Source: Dipteris shenzhenensis
Taxonomy: Eukaryota
NCBI GenBank assembly: GCA_047967505.1
Contig: CM106538.1
Length of the DNA stretch: 64,000 nt
Reading direction: 5' to 3' (one strand)
The notes under the pieces are model-generated. The model worked only from the letters and a program-made list of their open reading frames with translations, made no database searches and was not told the origin of the DNA. A program made the position numbers and the translations under genes. Positions 48,666 to 61,251 of the stretch are shown piece after piece. Each line of letters starts with the position of its first letter. Position 1 is the first letter of the stretch.

Positions 48666-51600
48666 CCCATCCTATACTAAGGGCTTATAAGCCCCTTGGT
48701 TCAAAAGCACCTGCAGCGAGGATGCCAGCTAGTCGCCTGCGGCAGAGCTGCCAGTGGCAATGCACCAGCCACGCCTCACCATAGTCACCTCGCCCTCTTC
48801 TGGCACTTCCTCCACCAGCCCGTCTCACTACAGCTCGCCCCGCCTCTGCTTGTGATGCCTCCCTCTCTACCCGCCTCTGCCCATGGCACCTCCTACCCGC
48901 CCTGTGATCCTCCCTGATGGCTGCCCCTCTATCAACTTGCTTCATTCCCTCCCTTCTCCAAACCTCTTGCATCTCCTACCCCTCGCCTCCATTCGAAAAA
49001 CCCCTCCCCCCCTCTCAACTGCCACCCCGTCCACCACGCAACCCCCCCCCCACATAATTTTTTAAGCAGGCACCCCCTGGGAAAACTAAAACTTCCCAAA
49101 TATAATGGTATGGGAGATCCAACCCGATTCCTCCAGCCTTTGATGCCGCATGCCAAGAGGGTGGAGATCAATTTAATGAAACCAAGGGCGCCTGGTTTCC
49201 CATGGCCTTAACCGATGAAGCGTTTGAATGGTACCTAGACCTCCTAGTGGAAGAGCAAGCCACATGAGACTTGCTTCAAATAGAATTCAAAAGGCGCTTT
49301 CAAATGGAGAGATTACAAGATGATCCCAAATGTGACCCACACCTCAATGCAAAGTACCTCACAGCCTGGTTCATTGCAAGGATAAGGAAGAAAATCTGCA
49401 AGGATATGAAAAAGACTAGCAGCTATGAAACGTTCAGTGCTAATCATGTGGTAGCCATTGACATCGATAAAGGCATGACCGACTCTAATGCCAGCAGTGA
49501 TGATGGCAGATCCATGCACGAGATAAGCGCTCTAAAAGGGGCAAATCCAAGTCCACTACCCAAACATCAAATGAAGATTGCTTAGAGGCCATGACCATGA
49601 AGCTAAAAGAAGACATGCTGCAGGCCATGGAACAAAAGCTTCACTTGTCTCAGCCGCCACCTCAAGCTTATCCACGGCGAGAAAATGTCTGGTGCCCACA
49701 CTGCATGGCCAATAGTATAGCAAATGAGTGCCCGGTCCTAAGAGCTAGGATTATTGCACAAGCAATCCACTACCAAGATTGTGGTGCCATATCTGTGTCG
49801 TCGGTGGCCATGATGAAAACAGTTGCATCTTCACAACATGCACAACAACCTGCCTCGACCTCAACAATACCAACTGGCACCCATGCCAATGTACAAGCAA
49901 CTGGCACTTGCACAAGCACCCCCAGCTTCGAGGCTAAATCATGTTCTTGTTCGGACACAAGTCCCGTAATTACTCAAGAATTCGAATCCACAACCATATC
50001 CAAGAGCGCCAAATCCATCTCCTCAGGCAATTCCAATACAACAACTGCGAGACGAAGAAGTAGACTCACCATTTGAGTATGAAGTAGAGTACCCAGTGTA
50101 CTATGTAGAAGGTTCAGAGGGTCTAATAGCAGTCTACGCAAATCAAGTTCGACCCAATATATATCAAGCACCGATCAAGTGCTACGGTTGTGGAGAAAAT
50201 CATCAGAACGTAGAGTGCCCTCATCGTGGTAGCCCCGCTACTTTCCAACCACTCTGTAGAAGATTGTGGCATAGGACATGCCTGTATGGATTGTCCCATG
50301 AAAAATAAGGTCCCACAACAAACAGAGGTTAAGCCTGACATCCCAATCGGCATCATCACTAGGGTGGACCATCAAAGTCTGGGGCCGGCAAGCATAATAT
50401 CACAACCTGTGAATGTAATTACACGCCAGCAGAAAGAGGCCACCAAGGACCCTAACATTCCAACCCAACCTAGATGACTTCTTAAAAAGAAAGCACAAGT
50501 GCCTCCACCTCCACCAAGCAAATGAGCAGCCGAGCCCATCCACATCAACTCCCGAGCCTCAAATAAAAGAAGCTCCATACCCAAATGCAGTGGTGGAGAA
50601 GGCTCGTTTTCAGGCACTTCAACAATGGGTACAAAAGGAATAAGCTCAATTGAGGCTGAGAAACAAGCTCAAGATCCAATCCATGACTTGGCCCCACAAA
50701 GTATTGATACTGTACTCGATCCTCTATTCCAACAACAGACTCCGCAACATAATGTACTGCCACATCAACTTGAAGGAGCTGCACTCTCTAGCATCCTGAG
50801 TTGCCCTGTGTCAATTCCCATCGCAATCCTCCTACGGAATTGTCCCAATCTCTGGGAGAGTTTCAAAGCTTGGATTGAACTTGCGAATCCCTCTCCACCT
50901 ATGGACGACATCGAAGATATCCTTGTGTGGATGGGTGAGAGAGATGGCATACGCAACATCATTGTGCCTTTGATCCACAAGGCATATAATGAATTCCAAG
51001 CCATAGTGGATGGTGGAGCAGGTGTAAATGTCCTATCAAAGGAGCTCTATGATGAATGGAGTCTCCCACCAATGCAAAAGGCTAATTTTAACATACACCT
51101 TGCCAATCATTCACGGGCTAAACCCTTGGGAATAGTGAATGACATTTCAACAAAGGCCGTAGGAGTCTGCTTTTCCCTTTAATTCACAATCTTGGATCTC
51201 CCCAAAAAATCCTATCAAATCTTATAGGGACATCCTTGGTTATGGGAAGCATCAGTCCTTCATGACTAGGGAACTAATAGACTCACAATCAAAAATCATG
51301 ACACCGCAGTCAAGGTGTCGATGTGGGCACAAGAGCTATAAAACCAATTGTGGATGACACATCTTCAATGACGATCTCAAGCAAATCAGCTCCCCTGCAA
51401 TAGCATGCCATAGCGGGCCCAAAGCAATGTCAATAACTGGATACAAACATTGGCAATCATCGACAACTACCATTCATTAGACCCCATTTTCTCGCAGATA
51501 GATGCTAAGGTGCTATAGGTAGATTCTCCACTCACACATAAAGAACCAATCGATCTATAGGTACCATTCTTTATGGTTGACCTTGAGTGGGATAATGAAC

Positions 51601-52395
51601 CTACAGAAGGTACCCATACCAATGAAGAATTCGATTTCCCTTGGGACCTTGAAACAAAGGCTGAGAATGCTGAAATTGAAGATCAAGTCTATGACAATGA
51701 CTTAGCCATCCTGCATGCCCTAATGGTAGTCGAGCTCCCAAAAATTGAACCTCCAAAGTTGAATAACAGTAGAAGATCCCACAAGAAAGCTGGAGGAAAT
51801 CGCAGAAAAGCCAAGGCCGACACTTCAATAAATTCGAACGAGTCCAAACATCGTCGAATTGTATCTTGCAAGGCCAGCTCCCTCAAAATCAGAACCACTG
51901 CCTCTTCAATGGTCTCCTAAGGGACTGGAAGGAGTATGCGCAACACATGAACCCTTACTTGGGAACACCTTACTAGTGGAAAAGTTACCCCACAGTTCCC
52001 AAATTAAGAAGTTTCGGAAGTATAAACCACATGTGTGGATGAAGCTCCATCAAGAGAATTTAGAAAAAGAAAGTCAAAAAGAGCCTAACAAATTGGTAAA
52101 TGAAACTATGCCACCCAGTACACATGGTACATGTCAGGCTAGTTCAACACCATCAGAGGCCAATCTTCAAGAAGTGCCGGAGTACTTCAAGAATTACACA
52201 AGTGGCAGTGTCCCCATAGCAATGCCAAGACCACTAAGAGAATCTAAAGTTCAAGAAACCGATAGCATTGGAGAAACTCCAATCTATGAGGGACTGGCAA
52301 AAACTTGCACAATAAACCTCGCCCTTGAAGGGGAGGAAGAAAAACTAGTTTTCATTGGGAAACAACTTCAACAAGAAGATGAAACCACACTCAAA
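47635..52395 (+). mobile_element. Decayed Ty3/gypsy element (Athila/Tat-like): PBS, gag, protease, truncated before RT
   Basis: AACA-TT-TGGCACCGCTGTCAGGGA resembles the Athila-type PBS TGGCGCCGTTGCCGGGGA. Gag LPKYNGMGDP, AFEWY, LQIEFKRRF, with Cys/His knuckles. Protease AIVDGGAGVNVLS...ILIGHPWL. Pre-RT TINLALEGEEEKLVFIG. Confidence 0.8.
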
Positions 52396-52634
52396 GTAGT
52401 AGAACTTGCATGTAGGACATGCATGTAGGAATCGCATGTAGGGCTTGCATGTAGAACTCGCATGTAGAACATGCATGTAGGAATCGCATGTAGGACTTGC
52501 ATGTAGGAGTTACAAGTAGAAGTTGCATGTAGGATTTGTATGTAGGACTTGCATGTAGGAGTTGCAAGTAGAAGTTGCATATAGGAGTTGCATGTAGAAC
52601 TCGCATGTAGGAATCGCAAGTAGAACTTGCATGT
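52396..52634. repeat. 13-bp tandem repeat (GGANTTGCATGTA)
   Basis: About 18 degenerate copies. A short inverted version occurs at ~45745-45800. Confidence 0.9.
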
Positions 52635-52639
52635 TGAGG

Positions 52640-53530
52640 ATTCCTAAGAAAGATTATTCCTAGCCTTATGCAAGTACAAGCGGAGCTGTGCCACTAATCT
52701 ACACACACATTCTGTACTACCTAAGTCCATGTTGGCACAAACACAACAATCACAAAAAGTTGGATGTAAATTCATGCAAATGAATCATAGTTGGCTATAG
52801 TGATGAGTGCAAAACATACAAATTGTATGATACAGTTAACCAAAAGGTCATTATCTTCAAACATGTAGTGTTTGATAAAGAATTAGAATGGAAGTCATAA
52901 AAAACACAAGAAATTCATAGTGAGAACTTAGTCACATCCACAAAAATTTGATGAAGAAGAGCCATCATTCCTAGTAGATCTCCAAGAAGAGGACAACTCA
53001 GGACGCTCACAAAGACCACCATGTTGGATGGATATTATGATATGATTACATAGGAGACCATGAGACCAAGAGATCCACACAAGGATATGTATTTTTGCTT
53101 GGTGAAGATGCATCATGGTTGTCCACCCAATAGCCAACTATTTCTTTGTCATCAACAAAAGAAAAATATACAGCTCTTACAATAAGTGCATGTGAGGCTA
53201 TATGGCCCATAAGATTATTATTTTTAAAAATAAGATTATTTTGATGACTCAAAGCCAACAACCATATACTAGGATGATCCGAATCAGTTTAAGCCTTAGT
53301 AAAAACTATAATATACCATTTAAGGAAAAAGCACATTGATGTCAAAGAGCACTTCATTAGAGAAAGAGTGCTACTTGGTGATATCACATTAGAGTGCTAC
53401 TTCATCAAAGAAAGAGTGCTACTTGGTAATATCACATTATAACAATATTTTAATAAATATATCGTTGCAAACATCTTTAGCAAGCCACTTGGTAAAGTGC
53501 TTTTTAAGAAAGGCTAACAAGCTCTTGTCT
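52640..53530 (+). pseudogene. Heavily deleted copia pol remnant
   Basis: HVVFD (integrase C-terminus), [13 protein letters not shown]...ACEAIW and KHIDVKEHFIRERV (RNase H). Confidence 0.7.
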
Positions 53531-55294
53531 AACAAATAACCAAGCCACATGTCCTAGCAATTTTTTCTTCCCTTCTCAACACCTCTCAACACACCCCCCC
53601 GCCCTCCCCCCGAGTCTATTCCCTCACTCATAGATCCAAAGTGCTAAGGTCCCTTGTAAAACTCTAAAACCCTCACCACACTCCCCACACCACTAGCCCC
53701 TCCCCTCACACACTTTTCCAAGGGAAATGGACCTAGCAAGAACACTTTTCCCCCCTCATCAATACCTCCCTCACAGGTCCCTCACACAAACTCACACAAT
53801 TAAAACACTTAGCCTGGCAACGCTCTCACACCTCACAATTTCACAATCCACCATCACTCCCTCACACAAACCCTTGGCAATCCTCATGTGAGGGAGTCTT
53901 AGCTTTTCACTTTATGGAGATGCCCCAAGATTCAAAAATTGATAACTCTTTGTGGGAATGTCAATGGTTGAGCTACAAAAGGGAAAGGTTTATGATTTTC
54001 AAGATCTATGTCATTGAAGAGTTAGCATGTGCAAAAGGAGTTGTAAATTCAGGATTTTGATATATCTTCAACATTAAGACTTACCATTGTAGCTTCTAAA
54101 TGGTCTTCATCAACAATAAAATCCCAAATTTCCTTCACCAATCTATTTCAAAACTCCCCACCAACTAGAGGGACCCTTTTTGGAGTTGTCAAAAGGTTGC
54201 CAATTGATCTATAACAAGATGTTATTAACAATATTTAACAATTCAATGATAGATGGATCTCACTACATTGTGGGTAGATATGAGAACTTGAAATTTGCTA
54301 GTCAAATTTACCTTCGATACATCTGGTTATGCCTTAGTAGAGCTACTTATAACTTTTTCTTGCCCCTAAAAATTTTGGATCTTAGATAGATGGGATTTTC
54401 CCAATGATTGAGAATATCTCTTATCTGTATGCCAATTGAATACTTGTGCTTACTAGAAAATTTCTTGAGGAATTAAGGCTGACACCTGTCGTGATCTTTC
54501 ATCCATGACTTCATTTCTCATTAAATCAACCTTTTATACCACATCAACTAGAGGGGCCCTTTTTGAAGTGTCAGTCAATCTATAACAAGATATTATGAAC
54601 CATCTTTAGCAATTCAATGAAAGATGTAATTTGTTATGTCCCATCCTATGGGGGCCTTATGGATTGCATGCACGCCATGTGGTGCCTTTGCATGGCTCAT
54701 GCATGCCACATGCAAGCTTTGCATGAGTGAGTAGCATTGATTTGCAAGCTTTGCATGAGTGGGTAGTATTGACATGCATGGACATGCATTTGTATGCAAG
54801 TTCTAGTGTCGATTGCATGCCCACCTTTCACTTTGCTAAACATGGAAAATAGATCTCACTTTCACCTTTCGCTACTAAAAGTGAAATAGTTGAATGAGTT
54901 GTGGCTCGACTTTCCTAAAAGTATGGGAGTTGGCCTGATTGTATGCCAACTCTTTTTAGAAAGTGGTGGAGAGTGGTGTGGAATTTGCATGGTCCTGTCG
55001 CATGTTGGGTGTAGCACACTTCACTTTTGTGGAAAAGAGGATTACCTTTTTTGCGTGAATGCTCTTTACTAAGCCAACTTTTCCACACTAGTGAACTACA
55101 AACTACTCGTCCTTCTCCTTTAGCCTGCTACTCCACCCATGTAGCTCAATGTTGAAGCTTGATTGTCATGCATATACCTCTCGAATCGTTCTTAAACTTG
55201 ATGCCCCCCTATGTGAATTGTGCTCTATATTAATCTTCTCTTTGTTTCTCAAACTGGAAAGATTTTGTACTTCTTCTCTAAATCCTCTCAAGCC

Positions 55295-57359
55295 TGTTAG
55301 AAATAGATCAACAGAGGGTACACAGAGTGGAAGACTGATAGAATAGCCCAGGAGCTCACACGATGTGGTGTGGGGACTGGATGTGCATCAAATGTGCAAA
55401 CTCATCAATAGACAACGAACTAGCCAGATATAGAAGAAACCAAAATAATATATTTATGTTCAAAGCTATGGACACAATACAAAAGAGATAGATCCACAGT
55501 CCCACCAATGGTGTGGTCCTCTAATCTTACCACAAAGTACTCCTCCTATTTGCTAGCTATCTCTAGACTCAAGCCCATGTGCTCCACCTCGAGCGTATGT
55601 AGACTCTCTATTCGGATCTCAGCAACCTGCTACCCTAGTAGGTAGCCTAGGGTTGCAGCCTTGTGAGCTAAGTCTACAGTAGCACCTCCAACACTCCTTT
55701 AACTCTTCGTTGTAGGCCAAAGGATCAGGGTAAGCTACTCCTATCTCCTCCTCTGATTGCTGATGTGCTGGATATCAAGAATGAGGCTAAATGCCTCTTT
55801 TTATAGGCCCAAAGGTCCCCTTGAAGTGACTGACTGGCCTGCCCTAATATGCCGACCAGTCTACCATAACTAACCCCACAGGCTCCTTTTTATTGGGTTG
55901 TGGGCACATCTCTAGGGTTGTGTGCTCCCTGCCTCGAAGTGGGGGCCTAGGCCCCGTTGCTTTGTGTGCCAGCCCCCTCCCACTCCCCTCTATGCATGGG
56001 GCTGTGGGCTGGCCTATGTGGCCCACTAGTTTCTTGGCCCTATATAAGGGCAGCGTGCTGTCCACTGCAACCCCTTCCTTCTCTGCAACTCCTATGTTGC
56101 TGCTAGGCCACCTTCAAGGCCTTCTTGTAGGTTGTATCCCTACCCATGGATCTGCCATGCTGTCGTACTACTTGTGTCCCTACCTATAGATGGCCGCCAT
56201 GTTTTGTGCCTCTCCCAGGATCTTGTGTTGCCTCGCCACCTATTGTAGGGCAGACATGTGCCCACAGTCCTTGCCTCCTAGGTTCCATGGCTTTCTCTTC
56301 TTTGATGTGAGGTGTTGCCCATGTGGTAGGCCCCTCTCTTTCTTTTCTCTTGGGCACATCCTACCCTAGGTCTCCCTCCCTCACGCTCTCCTCATATGGG
56401 GGATTACAGATGGGGAGGTGACCTTTCCAACACCCCCTCTCACCGACACATCTCCACCCAATGCCAATACGTCAATGACGATGCTCCAATAACTCCCTGG
56501 TCATAGTCCTTTGCACAATTTGGTTGTCGAAATCTTCTTTCCTAGCTTTTCATCCAATGGCTCCTGCTCCTCTAAGTCTAGTTTCGCTTGGGCACACCAT
56601 CTCGGTACACACATCTATCTCTGGCAGCACCTCCATCACTCTACCTCCTGGTTGTAGGCCAAATTTGCTCCTATCTGCTCCTCTCATGGTTGACTTGCTA
56701 GATATGAAGAATGAGGCTGGATGCCTCCTTTTATAGGCCTAAAGGGCCCCTTAGTGGCTGGCTGGCCTGCCCTAATATGGCCGACTAGTCTTCCATAAAA
56801 CTGATCCCGTAGGCCCCTTTTTATTGGATTGTGGGCACATCTCTAGGGCTGTGTGCTCCCTACCTTGAAGTTGGGGCCCCGTCCCCCTTGCTTTGTGTGC
56901 CAGCCCCCTCCCACTCCCCTCTATGCATGGGGCTGTGGGCTAGCCTATGTGGCCCACTAGTTTCTTGGCCCTATATAAGGGTAGGGTGCTGCCCATTGCA
57001 TCCCCTCCCTTCCTTGCAACTATTGTACTACTGCCAGGCCACCTTCAGGACCTTCTTGCAGGTCGTAATCGTTGCCCATTGATCTGCCATGCTACCGTAC
57101 TTCTTGCGTCCATGCCTATAGACAGCCGCCATGTTTTGTGCCTCTCTTAGGCTCTTGTGCTACCCTACCACCTGTTGTATGGCACACATCTGCCCACATT
57201 CCTTGCCTCTTGGGTTCCATGGCTTTCTCTTCTTTGATGTGAGGTGATGCCCATGTGGCAGGTCCCTCTCTTTCTCTTGGGCACATCCTGCCCTAGGTCT
57301 CCCTCCCCCACGCTCTCCTCATATGGCGGCTTACAGATGGGCAGGTGACCTTTCCAACA
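55295..57359 (-). mobile_element. Internally deleted LTR retrotransposon: full 3' LTR (56432 to 55295), PPT, partial 5' LTR
   Basis: TSD AAGCC at 55290-55294 and 57360-57364. Termini TGTTGG...CTAACA on the minus strand. PPT AGAGGGGG at 56433-56440. Diverged direct repeat ~55710-56432 vs ~56650-57359. Confidence 0.85.
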
Positions 57360-57899
57360 AAGCCTTGGTGGTGGGCTTTTTTGTACCTTTGAGTAGCAAG
57401 TTTTGGGTCCAAAAAAGGAATATAAATGTCCAAGCCTTGTGACAACATGGAGCCTCACATTGATCCATCCACCTCAATGTATCATGATTCAAGAAAGAGC
57501 TTCATCTCTGCGGTGGGACGAAGCATGCGATGTCAAGATGAAGATGTGATGATGGATGATCAAGAACAACCTCATGTACAATCGCATTTCGCCTTGCAAT
57601 AAAGCAATGCACCTCGAGTGCAAGAGCCTTCTATGGACTAGGTGTTTGATCACATGATGGAAAGTAGCACATGAGGCTAGGTCTTCAACAATAACATTAA
57701 CTTCAACATGCCTTGATAATACCTGTGGGGCATCCTTCATTTGCTCCTTCAGTGTGGAGAGGAAAACAACAAGCAACCAAAATATGTGTCTTCTTGGTTT
57801 AACCATTGGGAAGCACATTTCAACATCACGGATATCTTTAAGACCATAGAGTAACGGCTATGAAAATGTATCTGTGTGATAGCATGCATGTATGGATTG

Positions 57900-60760
57900 T
57901 TGAATTTAAAGAGAAATCCAGGGCCCTAAACAAGAGGGAGGGCTTTAAAGCTACATTCGTGGTTAAGTTTTCTAAAGAACCTAATGAGTTTGAGAACTTT
58001 ATCAAACTCAAATGACATTATGTAGGGAAAGACATTGGAGGTATACATATGAGTTCTAAATCTTCAATGTAAGTTTCCTACCTTTCTTAATCAAGTCTAG
58101 TACCTATTCTTCTATAGTGGTCTTCCATATGAGTTCTAAATCTTCAATCTAAGTTTCCTACCTTTCCTAATCAAGTCTAGCACCTATTCTTCTATCGTGG
58201 TCTTCTACAAAATGAAGTGAGATGCAACAAGCTTGAGACCTTGGGAGACGTTGTGCTTTATTCCAATACTTTCGATGATTCTATCTCTTCTTGAGGAGAT
58301 AAAGATGCATCGTGTCTTTCGTCATCTCAAGAACCAAGTAAGGACCAAAAGAAAAATCAAACAAAAAGGGGTTGCAGCAACAAATCAAACACGCTTGGCT
58401 TCAAGTGCAAGCAACCGCGTAAGGATTTCATGCACCCCACAAACGCTAAGGGAAAGTATGTGTTCCAAGTGTAATCGACTAGGGAACATAGCCAGAGATT
58501 GCCCTTCTTCATCGGGACAACCTCCAAAGAAGGGAGGTAAGGTTGTAGCTTATGTAGTAGAGGTGAAAGTTTCAGGTGAAGGTTTCAAGTGGAAGCAACC
58601 ATTTAAGGATTCCGTGCAACTCGCAAAGGCTAAGGAAAAGTCTCTGTGTTCCAGGAATAATCAACCAGAAAACATAGCCAAAGATGCCCTTCTTCATCAA
58701 CACAACCTCCAAAGAAGGGAGGTAAGGCTGCAGCTCATGTAGTGGAGGTGAAGGTTTCAAGTATGTCGTCAACATTGTCTATTAATGAACTTTTTGTTGT
58801 TGATTCCTATTGTGACAATTGTGACGTATGTAACATTTCATGAGAGGATCTGGCATGGGTCAACTAGTGAAAGCTCTTTTCGATAATGCATGAACTCCCA
58901 ATTTCATTGATATGTCATTAGTACAGGAGCTAAACCTGCCAGTGGGGTGGCAGTAGTCACACTTATGTGGTGAACTTCACCAAAGGCGGCTCAAAGGTTT
59001 GGGACCGATGTGTACCAGAAGTTGTTTTGAATATGTAAGGTTATGAGGAAGCAATGAGTTTCCACATTCTACAGTGGATCAGATTGATGTGTTGCTAAAA
59101 AAAGAGTGGTTTTCTCAAAGAACCCCTTTAGAAGATTTTATCACACATAGGATGGCTTTTGTTTATGATGTCGGTGCAAACCATTTCAACAAGGTACCAT
59201 CAAATATGTATTAGGGAAGATGTCCCTAAGACAGGTTTTGGTACATGATATGAGGAGTACGAGTATTTGGTTCAAGCATTTAGACTCAAAATACACCAAT
59301 CACTTTCTGACAGAGGGTGAACAATATCTTTTGTCCATATCTAGCATGATACTTTACAAACAGCTCAAAATAGATTATATTTATACACGTGCAAAGTATC
59401 ATGCCCATCGGGTATGTGCATGTTCAACTAACACACCTCAAAGCATGTTTTTTAGTGATGATGCATAACACTTGGTGAAAAATGGAGTTTGTGGCAAGTT
59501 TAACCATCCAAAGCATATCCGATGGATAGGATACTTTGTACAGGCCTCAATATAGGTTGGATTGACATAAGTGAAGATTATTGTGTCCATCGAGTATGTG
59601 CGCGTACAAATAACACACCTCAAATAATATTTTTGACAGTCGTACATAACACTTGATGGAAATATGAAAATGGGATTTGTGACGACTTTAACCATCCAAA
59701 GCATATACAATGGGTATGATAATTTGTATGTGCATTAACATAGATTGGATGTGGTCATTTTTTTAAATGACAAACTCATGTACGGTGGAAATTCAAACGA
59801 GCATTAGAAGCACTTGAGAATAGTTTTACAAGCTTTCAAGAGTTAAAACCCTCTATGGTAAGCTTCCGAAGTGAGTTCTTTTGTCAAGCATATGCCATAT
59901 TAAACACCTAACCGAATCCGTATAGATTCTAAAAGGATACGGGTTGTCAACAAGTGGCTCATTTTGCATACTATAGTAAACTTCCGAAGTGTGAGTTCTT
60001 TTGTCAAGCACAACATATGTTGTATTAGACACCTTACGGACTCCATATTAATCTGAAAAGGTAGGGGTTGTCAGTAAGTTGCTCATTTTGCATACTATGA
60101 CAAAAGTAATGTGTTTATTTGTAATCACGATTATTTCAGTCATTTATTCGTGACTATGCACGTTGGCATTGCCTTTCTGTAACCTGTTGAAGGGGAGAGA
60201 AAAAGGGATTCTGTACAAAAGATTTAAGTACCGACCCGTTGCATGGATGAATAAACTGGAAGTGTGGTTCAAGAATTTAAAGCATACAATCACCACCGCG
60301 AGCATGTTGCACATCATGGATCATAGTAAACCTTTTGTGGTGGAAACAATTGCCATTGATTGTGCCATTGGAGCAGCCTTACTTAAGGATATGCAACCTA
60401 TAGCTTTTATTGGTCAAAAGTACCTTTTGTGGTGGAAACAATTGCCATCGATTGTGCCATTGGAGCAGCCTTACTTAAGGATATGCAACCTATAGCTTTT
60501 ATTGGTCAAAAGTTATCTGTGGCACATGCATGAGAAAGAGCTTTACGCTGTGTCCATGCAATGAAGAAGTGGCAGCATTATCTAATTTAGTGGTGTGTAG
60601 ATATTAAATCACTTAAGTATTTCTGTAATGCTGCTGAAGCCTGGCATGCGCAGTTGAAAGGCAGGTTGGTCAAAGTTAATGCAAGACTTTGACTTTGAAA
60701 TACATTATAACAGCGGTGCTACTAATGTTGTGGCAGACCCATTGCACACATGGACATAAT
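57900..60760 (+). mobile_element. Highly decayed Ty3/gypsy gag-pol remnant
   Basis: Knuckle CSKCNRLGNIARDCP, protease-like KALFDN, RT VVIFLND...HLRIVLQ, RNase H KPFVVET...AIGAALL, HEKELYAV, QDFDFEIHY...NVVAD. Confidence 0.75.
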
Positions 60761-61251
60761 GAGTGTGCAGTGTTTGCAGGTATGGAGTGCTCGCAGTACT
60801 TGATCTTGGATACACTCAGGTATAGGCCTAGCTAACCCATGCTTGAGTGGATGTTTCATATACCCTCCTCCAAACCCTAAAACCCTTGCATAACCACTAG
60901 GTGAGGGAACTCTCAATTCCTTTGCAGTCTAAGCTTTGGCATCCCTAGCCTACACTCTTCACACAACACGACCATGGCATTATTATACAACAACATTGTG
61001 GTGTGCACCGACGCGAATGGAACATAACACTTCCTAGTATATTACACAATTTTCAAAACCAGACGCTGTACCTGAACATTGTGACTTAAATAGGTCAACT
61101 TGTATATTAGAACACACGAGCACATGAACTGGCCAAGTCCAAGGAAGCAGCATTATTAATGGCTACAAGAGAATCAAGATGCAGCTTTCCCTGCAGAACC
61201 AGTCCAACCAAGCCAAGCTTACAAGGTTTACAAGGACTTCAGCAATGTCTC

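Noticed and set aside
52396-52634. CRISPR-like array (also 36918-37090 and the CACTA palindrome clusters)
   Set aside because: These are contiguous tandem repeats without unique spacers, in a eukaryotic context with no cas genes.
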